Notes: generated by a model from the letters alone, not told the origin. Numbered from the stretch's first letter, positions 9,908 through 19,782 are shown. The stretch: DNA of 64,000 nt from Fibrobacterota bacterium (GCA_028287505.1 JAQBPN010000014.1:2648-66647); one strand, 5' to 3'. Made by a program: numbers and translations.

Positions 9908-12100
9908 TCAAAACTCGTAGGACCCCAAATCCGGAAAGGTTCCGTTCCAGCGGTTGAAACCGGACCCGCGTTGATCGGTGGTGGGGGGGCTGTTGGCGAT
10001 GGCAGTCTTTGCTTTGTCCCGGGCCGGGCTGCCTGATTGCAAGGCATGGGTAAAGGTGTGGGGGACCCCGAAGCTCCCGCCGTTGTCCGCCAGGCCGTTG
10101 ATCAACGGATCCGCGACGTAATCCGGCTCCGGTCCGCCCAGTTGCAATCCCCGCGCGAAGTCGCTGTTCGGGTCGTCGCCCGGGAAGATGTTGATGCCGG
10201 GGGTGTATTGGAAGATGCAGCTGCCGCGCGGCTGCAGGCCGGTGTGGGGATCGCCGTGGAAGTCCCGCTCGGGGGCATTGACGGCGCGGGCGTTGTTGTG
10301 GGCGAACAGGCTCCAGCTCCATTCCCAATGGTCCAGCTGATCCTGGTAGACGCCGCCGCCCTGCGAGGCGCTGTTGCCGACCACGGTCATGTACTTGATG
10401 AACGACTCGGGGGCGGGGTTGCCGGCGTATAGGCCGCCGCCTTTGCCCATGGCGGGGGACGTGTTGGAAGGGGTGGAGCACCAGGTGCCGGCGCAGGCGC
10501 AGCTCGCGTTCACGCAGCCGGCGATGTTGCCGCTGATGGTGCTGTTCGTGAGGAACATGCGGCTGATGCTATACAGGCCGCCGCCGTCGCCGGTCCGGCC
10601 GTCCAGGTAGAGTTGCAGTTCCGCCAATTGCGTGATATTGCTGGCGGGGCCGTTGTAGAACCCGGCGTTGCGCGTGATCTTGAGCCGGTAGGCTTGGTAG
10701 GCGGCGGTATTGGCAATCCGCCATTGCCAGGGGGCGGAGGGGGGGACGGGGGTGAAGGGGTCGAAAGCTTCCGTATTGAAGGATTCCGTGAAGAAGCGCT
10801 GGGGGGCCGAAGCGCCGGTATCGGGGTAACGGAAAAACCTCCAGTTGTGGACCGTGTGCAATACGACCCAGCTGGTGCCGTTCCAGCCTTCGAAGGTCCA
10901 ATCCGCCGGGTCCCGGGTGGGGGAATCGTTGGCGGTGGTGATGGAATATGCCGTGACCGTTTGGGTCGAGGTGCCGGGGAAGTCGTAAGTCAGGGTGACG
11001 GCATTGTTGGGGTCGGGATTGACGTTGGTGCAGTACTTGGTGCCGAAGTTGTCGTCGAAAGCCTGGGACGGAGTTTCCGTGGCCGAGCATTGGGTGCCCG
11101 TTCCCGTGACCACCGTGCCGCTGGGACCGGGAATGGGGGTGACCTCGGTGGCGATGGCCTTGTTGTCCGACAAGGTGCTCCTCTCAATGTTCAGATTCGG
11201 CTGATGCTGATCCTCAGTGCTATGGTCTTTCCATTGGTGGAAAATGCCGCCGCCCTGTCCCGCCTTGTTGCCCTTGACGGAGGAATCGAACAGATATACC
11301 TGTCCGCTCGAATAGATGCCGCCGCCCCGCTTGGTGGCGGTGTTGTTCTGGATCGTGCAATATTGGAACTGAGCGCTCCAGTCGAAATGGCTCGTGAAAA
11401 TGCCTCCGCCCGCGTCGGTGGCCGTATTGTTCTGGATGGTCACGTGGTACAGGTCCGCGCCATGCCAGAGATATAGGCCGCCGCCCTGCACGGCCGTGCC
11501 GCCCTGGATGGTGCAATCAGTCAGGGTGAGGCCCTCCCAGCTGCGGATGACGCCGCCGAAGGTGTCCCCGGAAAGCCCGGTGACGTTGCCGCCCTGGAAG
11601 ATGATGTTGGACGCGACGATGTCGCCACCCGCATACAGGGCCCGTCCCGTGGAACCGGATTTGACCCGGATGGTCAGGGGATTGCCGATGCTGGTGGCGG
11701 TGAGGGTCAACAGGCACCCGTCGATGGTTTTGAGCGGCGTGCCCGCGGCTTCGATCACCTGTCCGCTGAAGCTGGTGTAAATCTGCATATCCCCCCAGAT
11801 GGTGGTGTTCGCGGCCACCTGGAAGACGGTATTCGCCCCTGAGATAAAGACGGTGCGGTCGGTTCCGCCGTAGGGGACGCAATCGGCGTTTACCGGACCG
11901 TTCAGGACGGACTGGATGGCTTCCGTGAGGTTGCACTTGCCGTCCACGGCTATATTGGTCAGGTTGGCGGCCGTGGCCGGAACGTTAAAGCTGTATGCCT
12001 GGGCCTTACCCAGGCATGCCATGGCCAAAGCCAATCCGGCCCAACCCAGGCGGGAGGCTGCTCCCGGCCTACGTGTGGATGAATGTATCGTCTTAATCAT
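9908..12100 (-). CDS. Secreted right-handed beta-helix (PbH1-like) protein with internal F5/8 type C (discoidin/CBM32-like) domain and choice-of-anchor-Q-like C-terminus
   Basis: Signal peptide (..LALAMACLGKAQA). Repeated GGG[IL][YF] beta-helix rungs. Central segment FDDNFGTKYCTN...TAYSITTANDSPTRDPADWTFEGWNG is discoidin-like. The C-terminus DNGGSFGVPHTFTHALQSGSPARD...DQRGSGFNR...DLGSYEF matches the choice-of-anchor Q pattern. Confidence 0.75.
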   Translation of the reverse strand: MIKTIHSSTRRPGAASRLGWAGLALAMACLGKAQAYSFNVPATAANLTNIAVDGKCNLTEAIQSVLNGPVNADCVPYGGTDRTVFISGANTVFQVAANTTIWGDMQIYTSFSGQVIEAAGTPLKTIDGCLLTLTATSIGNPLTIRVKSGSTGRALYAGGDIVASNIIFQGGNVTGLSGDTFGGVIRSWEGLTLTDCTIQGGTAVQGGGLYLWHGADLYHVTIQNNTATDAGGGIFTSHFDWSAQFQYCTIQNNTATKRGGGIYSSGQVYLFDSSVKGNKAGQGGGIFHQWKDHSTEDQHQPNLNIERSTLSDNKAIATEVTPIPGPSGTVVTGTGTQCSATETPSQAFDDNFGTKYCTNVNPDPNNAVTLTYDFPGTSTQTVTAYSITTANDSPTRDPADWTFEGWNGTSWVVLHTVHNWRFFRYPDTGASAPQRFFTESFNTEAFDPFTPVPPSAPWQWRIANTAAYQAYRLKITRNAGFYNGPASNITQLAELQLYLDGRTGDGGGLYSISRMFLTNSTISGNIAGCVNASCACAGTWCSTPSNTSPAMGKGGGLYAGNPAPESFIKYMTVVGNSASQGGGVYQDQLDHWEWSWSLFAHNNARAVNAPERDFHGDPHTGLQPRGSCIFQYTPGINIFPGDDPNSDFARGLQLGGPEPDYVADPLINGLADNGGSFGVPHTFTHALQSGSPARDKAKTAIANSPPTTDQRGSGFNRWNGTFPDLGSYEF

Positions 12101-12210
12101 GGTTCCCCTCTTTTCTTGTGGCTCGTTTAGTGGGTGTGCCTATTGGATGTCTGAAGTTAAAAAAACGTCCCATCGAAGCAGGAAAAAACCGTACTAGTAT
12201 GTAACGACGA

Positions 12211-12226
12211 GTTCTCATTTGAGAAC
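12211..12226. promoter_or_regulatory. 16-bp palindrome GTTCTC-ATTT-GAGAAC, ~110 nt upstream of the beta-helix gene
   Basis: A perfect inverted repeat. It has the same architecture as the palindrome at 18082-18097. Confidence 0.25.
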
Positions 12227-12465
12227 GTACGATTTCAATTTACGCATGCTTACATATCGGCAGCTTCGACGAAATCGTTCCTTGCGGCGAAAAGGGGATT
12301 CGGTTGCACCAGGCGGAGGCGCGAGGGAGCCGTGGCATTTCGCACCGAGAACACTAACGTATCCCGCGCCGTTTGCCGGAGCAAAGTCACGTTCACTTCC
12401 AATAGATAAGCGCCCTCCTTGTGCCCACGATTAAATTAATTCCAAACCTTAGATGTACATACGCA

Positions 12466-13650
12466 TCATTGCGGGCGGGAATCCATCTGCGCGCCCAAAA
12501 CCGCGAGCGGTATCCGGTAATGCAAATTGCCATGCCGTATATCCATTACGCAAAGGCCGGAATGAAAATCCGGAATGGGAATGGATGTCCCCGACCTGCT
12601 CACTTCTGCGCTCGCCACTATTCTTCCGAAAAGGTCCGTAATCCGGATCGAATATGGGGATGAATCCGGAATGAACACGCGGACTTCCCCGGCAGAGGCC
12701 TGGAAGGAAAATCCCCTAGGCGCCTCATGGTTCACGCTCGTCGTGCCGGTGCAGAGCGAGGGATCGCTTTTCACGAAATAGCTCCGGTAGCTGGGGGACT
12801 TTGAATCCGTGCAGCCGACCAGGTCGAGCACCCGGATTTTCCGGAACTTCCACGGCGCTGATTCTCCCTGGATGGTGATATAGCCCTCCTTGAGCGGCTT
12901 GCTGTCGTTGCGGGTCTGGAGCATGGAGTAGGTGAGCACCGTATCCAGCGGTTTCCCGGTATCGGCGGCCACCATGTGCTTCACGAGGGAGTCCCCCAAC
13001 ACCAGGGCCTCCACCACCTGGAAATGCGAAGAATCGATTTTCACGTGCTTGGCGGTAAAGCAGCCCGGGCTCTGCCGGGTGCCGTTGATGATCATGGAGG
13101 TATTGCTCGAATTCCCGCATACGTTGGCAGTGGTCCCGTTCTCGGTTTTGCCGTCGCTATTCTGCTTGTTCATCGATCCCAGCAACTGGCATTCCACGCT
13201 GGTCGGGAAATCCTGGTTCACATCCATCGATTCCATGGACTGGCTATGGAGCATGAGTCCGTTGTTCTGGAAGGCCCAGTCCGGCGCCCCGCCGGATTGC
13301 GCACCCCAGTTGTCGGCTTCCGCATGGACGACGTAGTAGGAGAACTTCCGTTTCTGCCAGGCCATGTGGCCGAAGCGCCCATTGAATTGGCTTCCGTAAC
13401 CCTTGTAGTCCACCCACAGCAGCCCATCCTTGACGTACCAGGTCTGGAGCGGATCCTGTCCGGCCGCGGTCCCGTGCACCTTCGGAACCCAGTTGGTCAG
13501 ATCCTTCCCGTTGAACAGGTCGATCCAATCGGAAGCCGGAACTTTGGAAATATCCAGCGCCCGGGCGCTGGGTGCGAATCCCGAGAGTCCCACCGCGCAG
13601 GCCAGAAAAAATTTCTTCCATTCCATTTTCATCCCCTTTGATCGAATCAT
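12466..13650 (-). CDS. DUF1080 (3-keto-disaccharide hydrolase family) secreted protein with T9SS-like C-terminal domain
   Basis: Signal peptide. DUF1080 hallmarks are WIDLFNGKDLTNW, YVKDGLLWV and GYITIQGESAPWKFRKIRVLDL. The ATG at 13650 overlaps the upstream stop (ATGA); an alternative start is MKMEWKK at 13632. Confidence 0.75.
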   Translation of the reverse strand: MIRSKGMKMEWKKFFLACAVGLSGFAPSARALDISKVPASDWIDLFNGKDLTNWVPKVHGTAAGQDPLQTWYVKDGLLWVDYKGYGSQFNGRFGHMAWQKRKFSYYVVHAEADNWGAQSGGAPDWAFQNNGLMLHSQSMESMDVNQDFPTSVECQLLGSMNKQNSDGKTENGTTANVCGNSSNTSMIINGTRQSPGCFTAKHVKIDSSHFQVVEALVLGDSLVKHMVAADTGKPLDTVLTYSMLQTRNDSKPLKEGYITIQGESAPWKFRKIRVLDLVGCTDSKSPSYRSYFVKSDPSLCTGTTSVNHEAPRGFSFQASAGEVRVFIPDSSPYSIRITDLFGRIVASAEVSRSGTSIPIPDFHSGLCVMDIRHGNLHYRIPLAVLGAQMDSRPQ

Positions 13651-15380
13651 TTTGGCGAGACCGCATAGATATTCCGCGAAGCGCCGCCGCGAACGCTATT
13701 CCCCGTAATCACGTAAAGGCCAGGCTCATAGACGCCATTGGAAAGGATATCCGCGGTTCCCACCCCGCGTAAGGTTTCCCGCACGCGGCCGCGGATATCC
13801 CGTATCTCCAGGGCGAAAGCGCCTGTGGAAGCGATTCGGAATCCCAGCCTTCCGCCTCCGACCGCATGGGTGTGGATTTCCAGGCCGTCTTGGCCGGCCG
13901 ATGCGGCGATAGGTTTGGCTTTGGCCACGGTCACGGGAGTCCCCGGTCCGATGGCGTTCAATGTGTACCAGGCTTCCGTGGACCAGGGAGCGGCGTTATC
14001 CGCGCCGGTTATCCCGCTCAGCTTGAAGTAGATTACGTCCTTCGCTTTCATCCCCTGGATCTCCAAGGTCGCTTTCCGTTTATCCGTGCTGAGGGTGACG
14101 GTTTTTACCGTCAGGTTTTCCGTCGACTGTTTCCCCGCTCCGTAATCCACCTGAGGGATGTAAGCCCATTGCTGCACCCTGTAGTTCGCGGCTTGATCCG
14201 CTCCTTGGCCCGCGGGCGTGGTGAATTCCAGTTCCATCGTCGTGGGCCCGGTGGATCGCACGGCCAAGAGGTCGAAGACGTTTTTTCCGTTGGGAACCAT
14301 GCGTTGCAACCCATAATCCTTGCCGGCCCAATCCCAGCCTCCCCATTCGGGTGTCCCGATGCCGCCGAGATAGACGGCTCCGTCCGGCCCCACGATGGCG
14401 CGGTGCACGGCCGCTTCCAGGCCCCCGGAGAAGCGGAAAACGCATCCCTGATAATCTCCGTTGACCTTTTCCAGGAAGTACCGTTGCAGGGTCCCGAAAT
14501 TGGCGTCGCCGGCGATCATCTGTCCTTGGTAGACTCCGCTCGTCAGATACGCCGGTTGGGTGGGGGAAATGCTGACGGTGCCGTGATCCATCCAAAGTAC
14601 CGGAGGCGTTACGGGGACATTGTCGAAAGGTCCGGGGCCTCCTCCCGAGGTCGGCGTGTGGACTCCGAAAAACCGCCCCTTCTTGACCTCCAGCAACTTG
14701 GAGGACGGGACCCAGTTCCCTTGGTTTTCGGTGACGAAGAGTTCGCCTTCGGGGCCAAGGACCAATCCGTCCGGCGTGCGGGTGCCGCAGGCATAGGGCT
14801 CAAAGCCGCCGGTCTTGGTGGAGATGGCGATGATGCATCCCCTTTCCTTGGACTCCGTGCTGCCGAAGGGATAGGCTATGGCCAGGCCGGCGTAAAAAAC
14901 GCTGTCGCGGTAAACCATCCCCATGGCGAATTCCAGGTTCTTGGCGGGGGTCGGCTGGACCGTCCATCCTCCCGCGACCTTCTTCACTTCGTCGGCGACT
15001 CCGTCGTTGTTCTTGTCGGGCAGCAGCGAGAGTTGGTCCTTCTGAAGGAGATAAATTTCCCCTCCGACCACTTTCACGCCCAAGGGTTCATTCAGGTTGG
15101 AGGCGAATTTCTTATAGGTGATTTTCGAAACATCGCCGGTTTGCGCGTTGGAAACCAGGTACACCGAGCCCTTGGTGTTGCCGAAGCCTTCCCAGGTGGA
15201 GACGACCAGCCTGCCGTCGGGCAGGAAGTCCAGGCCGCTGACCTGGGGGTTGAATCCAGGGGGGCGCAAGGTGGCCATGCTGAAGGCCGGATGGACCGTC
15301 GTCATGGCTTGCCCGCGCGCGAGCGCCGGGAGCAGGCATAAAGCGAAGGCAATGGATTTTTCCAGGCAATGTTTCATCAT
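13647..15380 (-). CDS. Glucose/sorbosone-dehydrogenase-like beta-propeller protein (secreted), T9SS-like C-terminal domain
   Basis: Signal peptide (..LLPALARGQA). FLPDGRLVVSTWEG.., NEPLGVKVVGGEIYLLQKDQLSLLPDKNNDGVADE and GPDGAVYLGGIG resemble SGDH / membrane-bound-dehydrogenase N-terminal propellers. No cytochrome c motif was seen. The family call is by eye only. Confidence 0.55.
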   Translation of the reverse strand: MMKHCLEKSIAFALCLLPALARGQAMTTVHPAFSMATLRPPGFNPQVSGLDFLPDGRLVVSTWEGFGNTKGSVYLVSNAQTGDVSKITYKKFASNLNEPLGVKVVGGEIYLLQKDQLSLLPDKNNDGVADEVKKVAGGWTVQPTPAKNLEFAMGMVYRDSVFYAGLAIAYPFGSTESKERGCIIAISTKTGGFEPYACGTRTPDGLVLGPEGELFVTENQGNWVPSSKLLEVKKGRFFGVHTPTSGGGPGPFDNVPVTPPVLWMDHGTVSISPTQPAYLTSGVYQGQMIAGDANFGTLQRYFLEKVNGDYQGCVFRFSGGLEAAVHRAIVGPDGAVYLGGIGTPEWGGWDWAGKDYGLQRMVPNGKNVFDLLAVRSTGPTTMELEFTTPAGQGADQAANYRVQQWAYIPQVDYGAGKQSTENLTVKTVTLSTDKRKATLEIQGMKAKDVIYFKLSGITGADNAAPWSTEAWYTLNAIGPGTPVTVAKAKPIAASAGQDGLEIHTHAVGGGRLGFRIASTGAFALEIRDIRGRVRETLRGVGTADILSNGVYEPGLYVITGNSVRGGASRNIYAVSPK

Positions 15381-15425
15381 GACCTTCTTTCATCAGGTGT
15401 TTCGATCAAGGATCCCCCGACGTTT

Positions 15426-17111
15426 TCAGGGGAGTTGCAGCAGCCGCGAATCCGTTCTCTGGTTTTCGAAGCTGAGCTTCAGGAAATCGTCGGACCGGGC
15501 CGAATGCGCGATCCATATCTCATCCAGGGCCCCCTGGAAATAACGGCTGGTGCCGGGCGGGGCCCAGTTGTCCAAGGAGCCGTAGCCCCATCGCCAAAAA
15601 CCGGTGATGTTTTCCGCCACGGTGGACGCGGGGTCGGAGGCGACCAGGACGCCGTCCACGAACAAGGTCTGGCCGGCCTGGGAGAGCCGGGCGGCCACTT
15701 GATGCCATTGCCCGTCGTTAAGCGGCTTGGGAGAATCGATGGTCTTGTAGACTCCCGGATTCGGATCCGTCTGGTTCGCCGCCAGGGGCGGGTAAACCGA
15801 AAAGTGCAGGGTCCCGTTGGGGGTCATGAAAATGTGGCGGTCCCGGTACAGGGTCGCGGTCGAGGTATCCGCGTCGGTAAAGTCCAGGAGCTTGCCGCCC
15901 TTGGCGCTGACGCTGCGGAACCATAGGGAGACGGTGAATACCTGGGGATTGTCGAAGGCCTGCCTGGCCGATGCGAATTGCGTGCGGCCGTCCGATTCCA
16001 TTCCGGCTTCAACCACGCCCGTATCCGATCCGACCTGGGCGGAATACCCGAACGCGGTGCCGGGATTGTTCCTCCCGGAGGCGTCCCGCCATTGGGGCGC
16101 GGCTCCCGTCGGGTCCTCATCCAAATGCCAGGCTCCCGCGTAGCCGTCCGCCAAGGTGAAAACCGATCCCGCTGGAGAGGCGGCCGCGTTGGCCGGACCG
16201 CCCCAGTACATGCGCAATTTCCCGCGGCTGTTCCCGTATACCGTATCCACCAGGACCCACGCTTCCGCCGCGGCCGCGGGGGCATCCCAATGCTGGATCT
16301 CGCAAGGCAACGGTTTGCCCGCCTCATCCGTGAAACGCAAATCCGCGCCGCCGCTCCGGACCGAGGAAAAATCGAGCAAGGACGGAGAGAGGCGGACCAA
16401 CAGGGGGAACCGGGCGACATTCCCGGATATCCCGGATCCGCTCGCCGTGGTGTTCAGGGAAAGCGTGCGGGTATGCGTCCAGGCGAGGTAGGGCGCCGGA
16501 GCGGGGGTGGCGGCCTCGGCGGCCACTTGCAGACCCCAGGCGAACGTCACCGGGGCGAAGGTATGCCCGGTATTCCCGTATTGGAGCGAGTCGACCTCCC
16601 CGACGGCGACGGAGTCGAGGCTGATCGTCCCGTTGCGGGACGGCACCTTCTTGTACAAAGTGGTGCCCGTAACATAGATGTAACCATCCGCCGTATCCGA
16701 CGCGCCCTCCAGGGCCGCCGTGATCCTTCCCGGGTAGCGCAGGGTCTGATCGGGAAGCTCCGCCACGCCTTGGGTGACGGCGATGCCTTTCACCATGGCC
16801 CGCGTCCCCGAAACCAGATCGAGGGCCTCCAGGTTGTAGATCCCGGTATCGATTCCCGTGATGCGGAAACGGCCGGCGGCATCCGTGGTGTCCGCCGCGG
16901 GGAAGGCGCGTCCGGCGACGAGGTCCAGGGGGTTGAAGTCCCGGGGAACCAGATAGACGCGGGTGCGGGCCGCCGGGACGCCGTCCAGGGTCTTAATCAT
17001 ACCCGTAAGCCCCTTGCTCGGGTTTCCGGTTTCCGAACCTTCGAAGCAGCCCAGCAACGCGAGGGCCGCAGCCATGGCAATGAGCATCCGCATGGGTGAT
17101 AGGCGGTTCAT
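15426..17111 (-). CDS. Lipoprotein with carboxypeptidase-regulatory-like N-terminal domain + DUF2341 + LamG-like domain
   Basis: Lipobox LLGC after MNRLSPMRMLIAMAAALA. DUF2341-like LSLNTTASGSGISGNVARFPLLVRL..ADLRFTDEAGKPLPCEIQHWD. LamG-like C-terminus ends LDEIWIAHSARSDDFLKLSFENQ, the same junction motif as the giant protein. The start ATG overlaps the upstream stop (ATGA at 17108-17111). Confidence 0.75.
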   Translation of the reverse strand: MNRLSPMRMLIAMAAALALLGCFEGSETGNPSKGLTGMIKTLDGVPAARTRVYLVPRDFNPLDLVAGRAFPAADTTDAAGRFRITGIDTGIYNLEALDLVSGTRAMVKGIAVTQGVAELPDQTLRYPGRITAALEGASDTADGYIYVTGTTLYKKVPSRNGTISLDSVAVGEVDSLQYGNTGHTFAPVTFAWGLQVAAEAATPAPAPYLAWTHTRTLSLNTTASGSGISGNVARFPLLVRLSPSLLDFSSVRSGGADLRFTDEAGKPLPCEIQHWDAPAAAAEAWVLVDTVYGNSRGKLRMYWGGPANAAASPAGSVFTLADGYAGAWHLDEDPTGAAPQWRDASGRNNPGTAFGYSAQVGSDTGVVEAGMESDGRTQFASARQAFDNPQVFTVSLWFRSVSAKGGKLLDFTDADTSTATLYRDRHIFMTPNGTLHFSVYPPLAANQTDPNPGVYKTIDSPKPLNDGQWHQVAARLSQAGQTLFVDGVLVASDPASTVAENITGFWRWGYGSLDNWAPPGTSRYFQGALDEIWIAHSARSDDFLKLSFENQRTDSRLLQLP

Positions 17112-17986
17112 GTCTTCTCCCGGAGCGGGTTCTTCGACAGCGGGAAGAATTGGGTGTTCAATTGGTAAACCCTGTCCGCCTTGGGAATCTTCTGCTCCAG
17201 GGCAAGCAGCCTTTTCCGGAAAGAAATGATCTCTTCTTTGAAAAGTTCGAAAGTCTCCTTGGAAAGGCTCAAGGTCAGGGTGGAAATATCCCTGACTTCG
17301 GGTTCGTGGCGGTCGAAAGCCTCCTTCGCCAGATCCATGCAGGCGATTTGGTAGTTCGCCACGTTCAGGGATGCCACCTCGGGCCCGGTGGTGATGACAT
17401 TTTGCACCAGCCTGTAAATCCCGGCCCCATCCTTGGCGATGAACTTCAGATCCTCGAGAACCCGGACCGCCTTTTCAGCCTGGTCGGGACGGATGGAAGG
17501 GTTCAAGAGGCGGGCCAAGGCCGGGAAATCGCCTTTGAAGCGGATCATGCCGATCAATTCCCGTACTGCGCTGTAGTACCACTTGGAATAGAATTCGAAT
17601 TGACTGGATTCGACGAGAAAGGCATCCAGCTTGCGGAGCGACATCATGCGCTCGAAGTAGATCCGTTTTTCCTCCATGGTCTTCGCCTCGTTGAAGTAGA
17701 CCATGCTTTCGAAATATTCGGCTTCCTTTTTCCGGAGTTTCATGGCCTCCGAGAACCGGACGATAAGGCTTCGGCCCAGGCTGCGTTTTCCGTCGACCAC
17801 GTTCTTGTAGAACCCGGAAGAATTGATCTTCGCCTTGAGGGCGAACTGGCGATAGGAAAAGGCCGGATGGGTGCGCTTTTTGAATTCGTAATAGGCCTTC
17901 AGGAATTCCCGGTAGTCCGTGAATTCAAAAACAGAAAGACCTTTTTCCTCCGACACGCTTGCCTTTTCTCCGTTTGTTTTCAGCAT
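17108..17986 (-). CDS. TIGR02147 / DUF4423-family protein (Fibrobacter-type paralogous family, putative DNA-binding)
   Basis: The N-terminal pattern F.DYREFLKAYYEFKKRTHPAFSYRQFALKAKINSSGFYKNVVDGKRSL matches my recollection of the TIGR02147 signature. It is the first gene of a four-gene same-strand cluster. Confidence 0.65.
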   Translation of the reverse strand: MLKTNGEKASVSEEKGLSVFEFTDYREFLKAYYEFKKRTHPAFSYRQFALKAKINSSGFYKNVVDGKRSLGRSLIVRFSEAMKLRKKEAEYFESMVYFNEAKTMEEKRIYFERMMSLRKLDAFLVESSQFEFYSKWYYSAVRELIGMIRFKGDFPALARLLNPSIRPDQAEKAVRVLEDLKFIAKDGAGIYRLVQNVITTGPEVASLNVANYQIACMDLAKEAFDRHEPEVRDISTLTLSLSKETFELFKEEIISFRKRLLALEQKIPKADRVYQLNTQFFPLSKNPLREKT

Positions 17987-18081
17987 AACGCCCGGCCGTT
18001 AGGCATTGCTTGTATCATAGCCATCTTGGCCTTAATAATAGGCGTTAACCCGAATCCCGCATTCAGTTCGCGCCAATTTCT

Positions 18082-18097
18082 GTTTCCATTTGGAAAC
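18082..18097. promoter_or_regulatory. 16-bp palindrome GTTTCC-ATTT-GGAAAC, ~96 nt upstream of the TIGR02147 operon
   Basis: A perfect inverted repeat. It shares the form GTTYYC-ATTT-GRRAAC with 12211-12226. Confidence 0.25.
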
Positions 18098-18451
18098 ACC
18101 TGGAGGGTTCGCGGACCCAACTCATTCGACCCTCATTTGTCCCAAGACGCCTTTAAAAGAGGCTTCCAACCAAACTTTACCTCCATGATCAACAAGATCG
18201 CAAATGGCCGCAGCCCACTCCTCTACCGGAATTTTGACTCTGAATGGAAACGGTAGCGAGCCTATTTGACCCGGATTCAGGCTTACAAACTCTTCAGTCA
18301 TCCTTAAGGGTTCGCCTAAAAGACTCCTCGTAACTTGAACCATAACCGAACCCCTTGAGGTTGCGGGGCAGGGCCGCTTTGGCAGCAAGGCGCCTGAAAC
18401 GCCGGCCTGAAGGGACTTCGGGAAACTCGAAACAAGTAATATGAGGAAACA

Positions 18452-19012
18452 ATGGAAAATCAGGAATTGACGAACAAGGCTTCAAGGAACCCTCTTCGCC
18501 CCTATAGGATGATCTTGGCCGCGGCCGCCGTCGCCATGGCGGGCACCGGAATCGGACGGGCTTTTGAAAAATCAGAGCAGAGGGAGGACGCAAAATCCGA
18601 ACAGGGGGAAAACGAAGCGGCCGTCACCCTTTCACAGTTGCCGGACCAGGTCCGGGCGACCTTGGAGAGGAATCTTCAAGGCGGCAAGATCCGCGCGCTC
18701 TCCAAGGAGAACGAGGGGGAGGGCAACTTCGAGGCGCGCATCCGGTCGGACGGCAAGGACCGGGAGATTAAAATCTCCCCCTCCGGCCAGCTCCTCGAGG
18801 TCGAGGAGAAGTTGGGCATGGCGGATCTTCCCGCCCGCGTGAGAATGGCTCTCGTGAACATGGGAGGCGAGGAAGGCGACGAAGGCCCGGAGCAAGTCGA
18901 AAAGGTGACCACGAGGGATGGAATGGTGTATTACGAGGCCACGGTGGAAAAGGGGGAAAAGGAAACGGAGGTCAAGTTGTCCCCTGAAGGGACTCCCTAC
19001 GAGAACAAGTAG
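18452..19012 (+). CDS. Small secreted/anchored protein with two PepSY-like (beta-lactamase-inhibitor-like) repeats
   Basis: A hydrophobic N-terminal segment is followed by two similar units (LPDQVRATLERNLQGGKIRALSKENEGEGNFEARI..; LPARVRMALVNMGG...VEKVTTRDGMVYYEATVEKG..). It sits directly upstream of a two-component system. Confidence 0.5.
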   Translation: MENQELTNKASRNPLRPYRMILAAAAVAMAGTGIGRAFEKSEQREDAKSEQGENEAAVTLSQLPDQVRATLERNLQGGKIRALSKENEGEGNFEARIRSDGKDREIKISPSGQLLEVEEKLGMADLPARVRMALVNMGGEEGDEGPEQVEKVTTRDGMVYYEATVEKGEKETEVKLSPEGTPYENK

Positions 19013-19092
19013 CCAGCGTGGTTCACCAATGCGGTGAAGGGATCCGTTTGGATTAGGTGCTGCCTAAGGACAAAGGTAATTTAGGAAGTGCC

Positions 19093-19782
19093 ATGCCCAA
19101 GCGGATTCTCATCATCGAGGACGATGTCAAAATCTCCAAGGCGATCAAACGCGGCCTCGAGCAGGAAGGGTATGTGGCCCTGACCGCCCTCTCCGGAGAG
19201 GACGGTTTTTTCCAGATCCATTCCCAGCCGTGCGATCTCATTCTCCTCGATGTTCTGCTTCCGGGAAGGAGCGGAATTGAAATCCTGGCAGCCCTGCGGA
19301 AGGCGGGTCGAAGGACGCCCATCCTCATGCTCACGGCCCTGGACTCCCTGGAAGACAAGGTCAGCGGGCTCGATGCGGGCGCTGATGACTATTTGGGGAA
19401 GCCCTTCGCTTTTCCCGAACTCCTTGCCCGGATCCGCGCCCTCCTGAGAAGAGGCGGCCAGGAGGAACTTCTTCTGCTTAGGACCGGAGATCTCGAACTC
19501 GACCTCGCCAAACGGAAGGTCGTTCGATCGGGAAGAAATATCGAACTGACGACGAAGGAATTCGAGCTTCTCGAATACCTGCTCCGGAACAAAGGGCATG
19601 TCGTCTCCAGGGAAATGTTGGCCGTGGATGTCTGGAAGGAACCCAATCGGGCGACTCCGATCGATAACATCATCGACGTCCATATGACGCGGTTGCGCCG
19701 TAAAGTGGATGAGCCGTTCGAGCCCAAGCTGCTGAAGACGGTCCGCGGAGTAGGGTTCATGATTTCGGCGGATAGCCCGTGA
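19093..19782 (+). CDS. OmpR-family response regulator (receiver + winged-helix)
   Basis: ILIIEDD...DLILLDVLLPGRSG...LTALDSLEDKVSGLDAGADDYLGKPF plus the wHTH TTKEFELLEYLL...VRGVGF. ATG at 19093 is preceded by AGGAAG; the ORF-track start at 19057 is less likely. Confidence 0.9.
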   Translation: MPKRILIIEDDVKISKAIKRGLEQEGYVALTALSGEDGFFQIHSQPCDLILLDVLLPGRSGIEILAALRKAGRRTPILMLTALDSLEDKVSGLDAGADDYLGKPFAFPELLARIRALLRRGGQEELLLLRTGDLELDLAKRKVVRSGRNIELTTKEFELLEYLLRNKGHVVSREMLAVDVWKEPNRATPIDNIIDVHMTRLRRKVDEPFEPKLLKTVRGVGFMISADSP

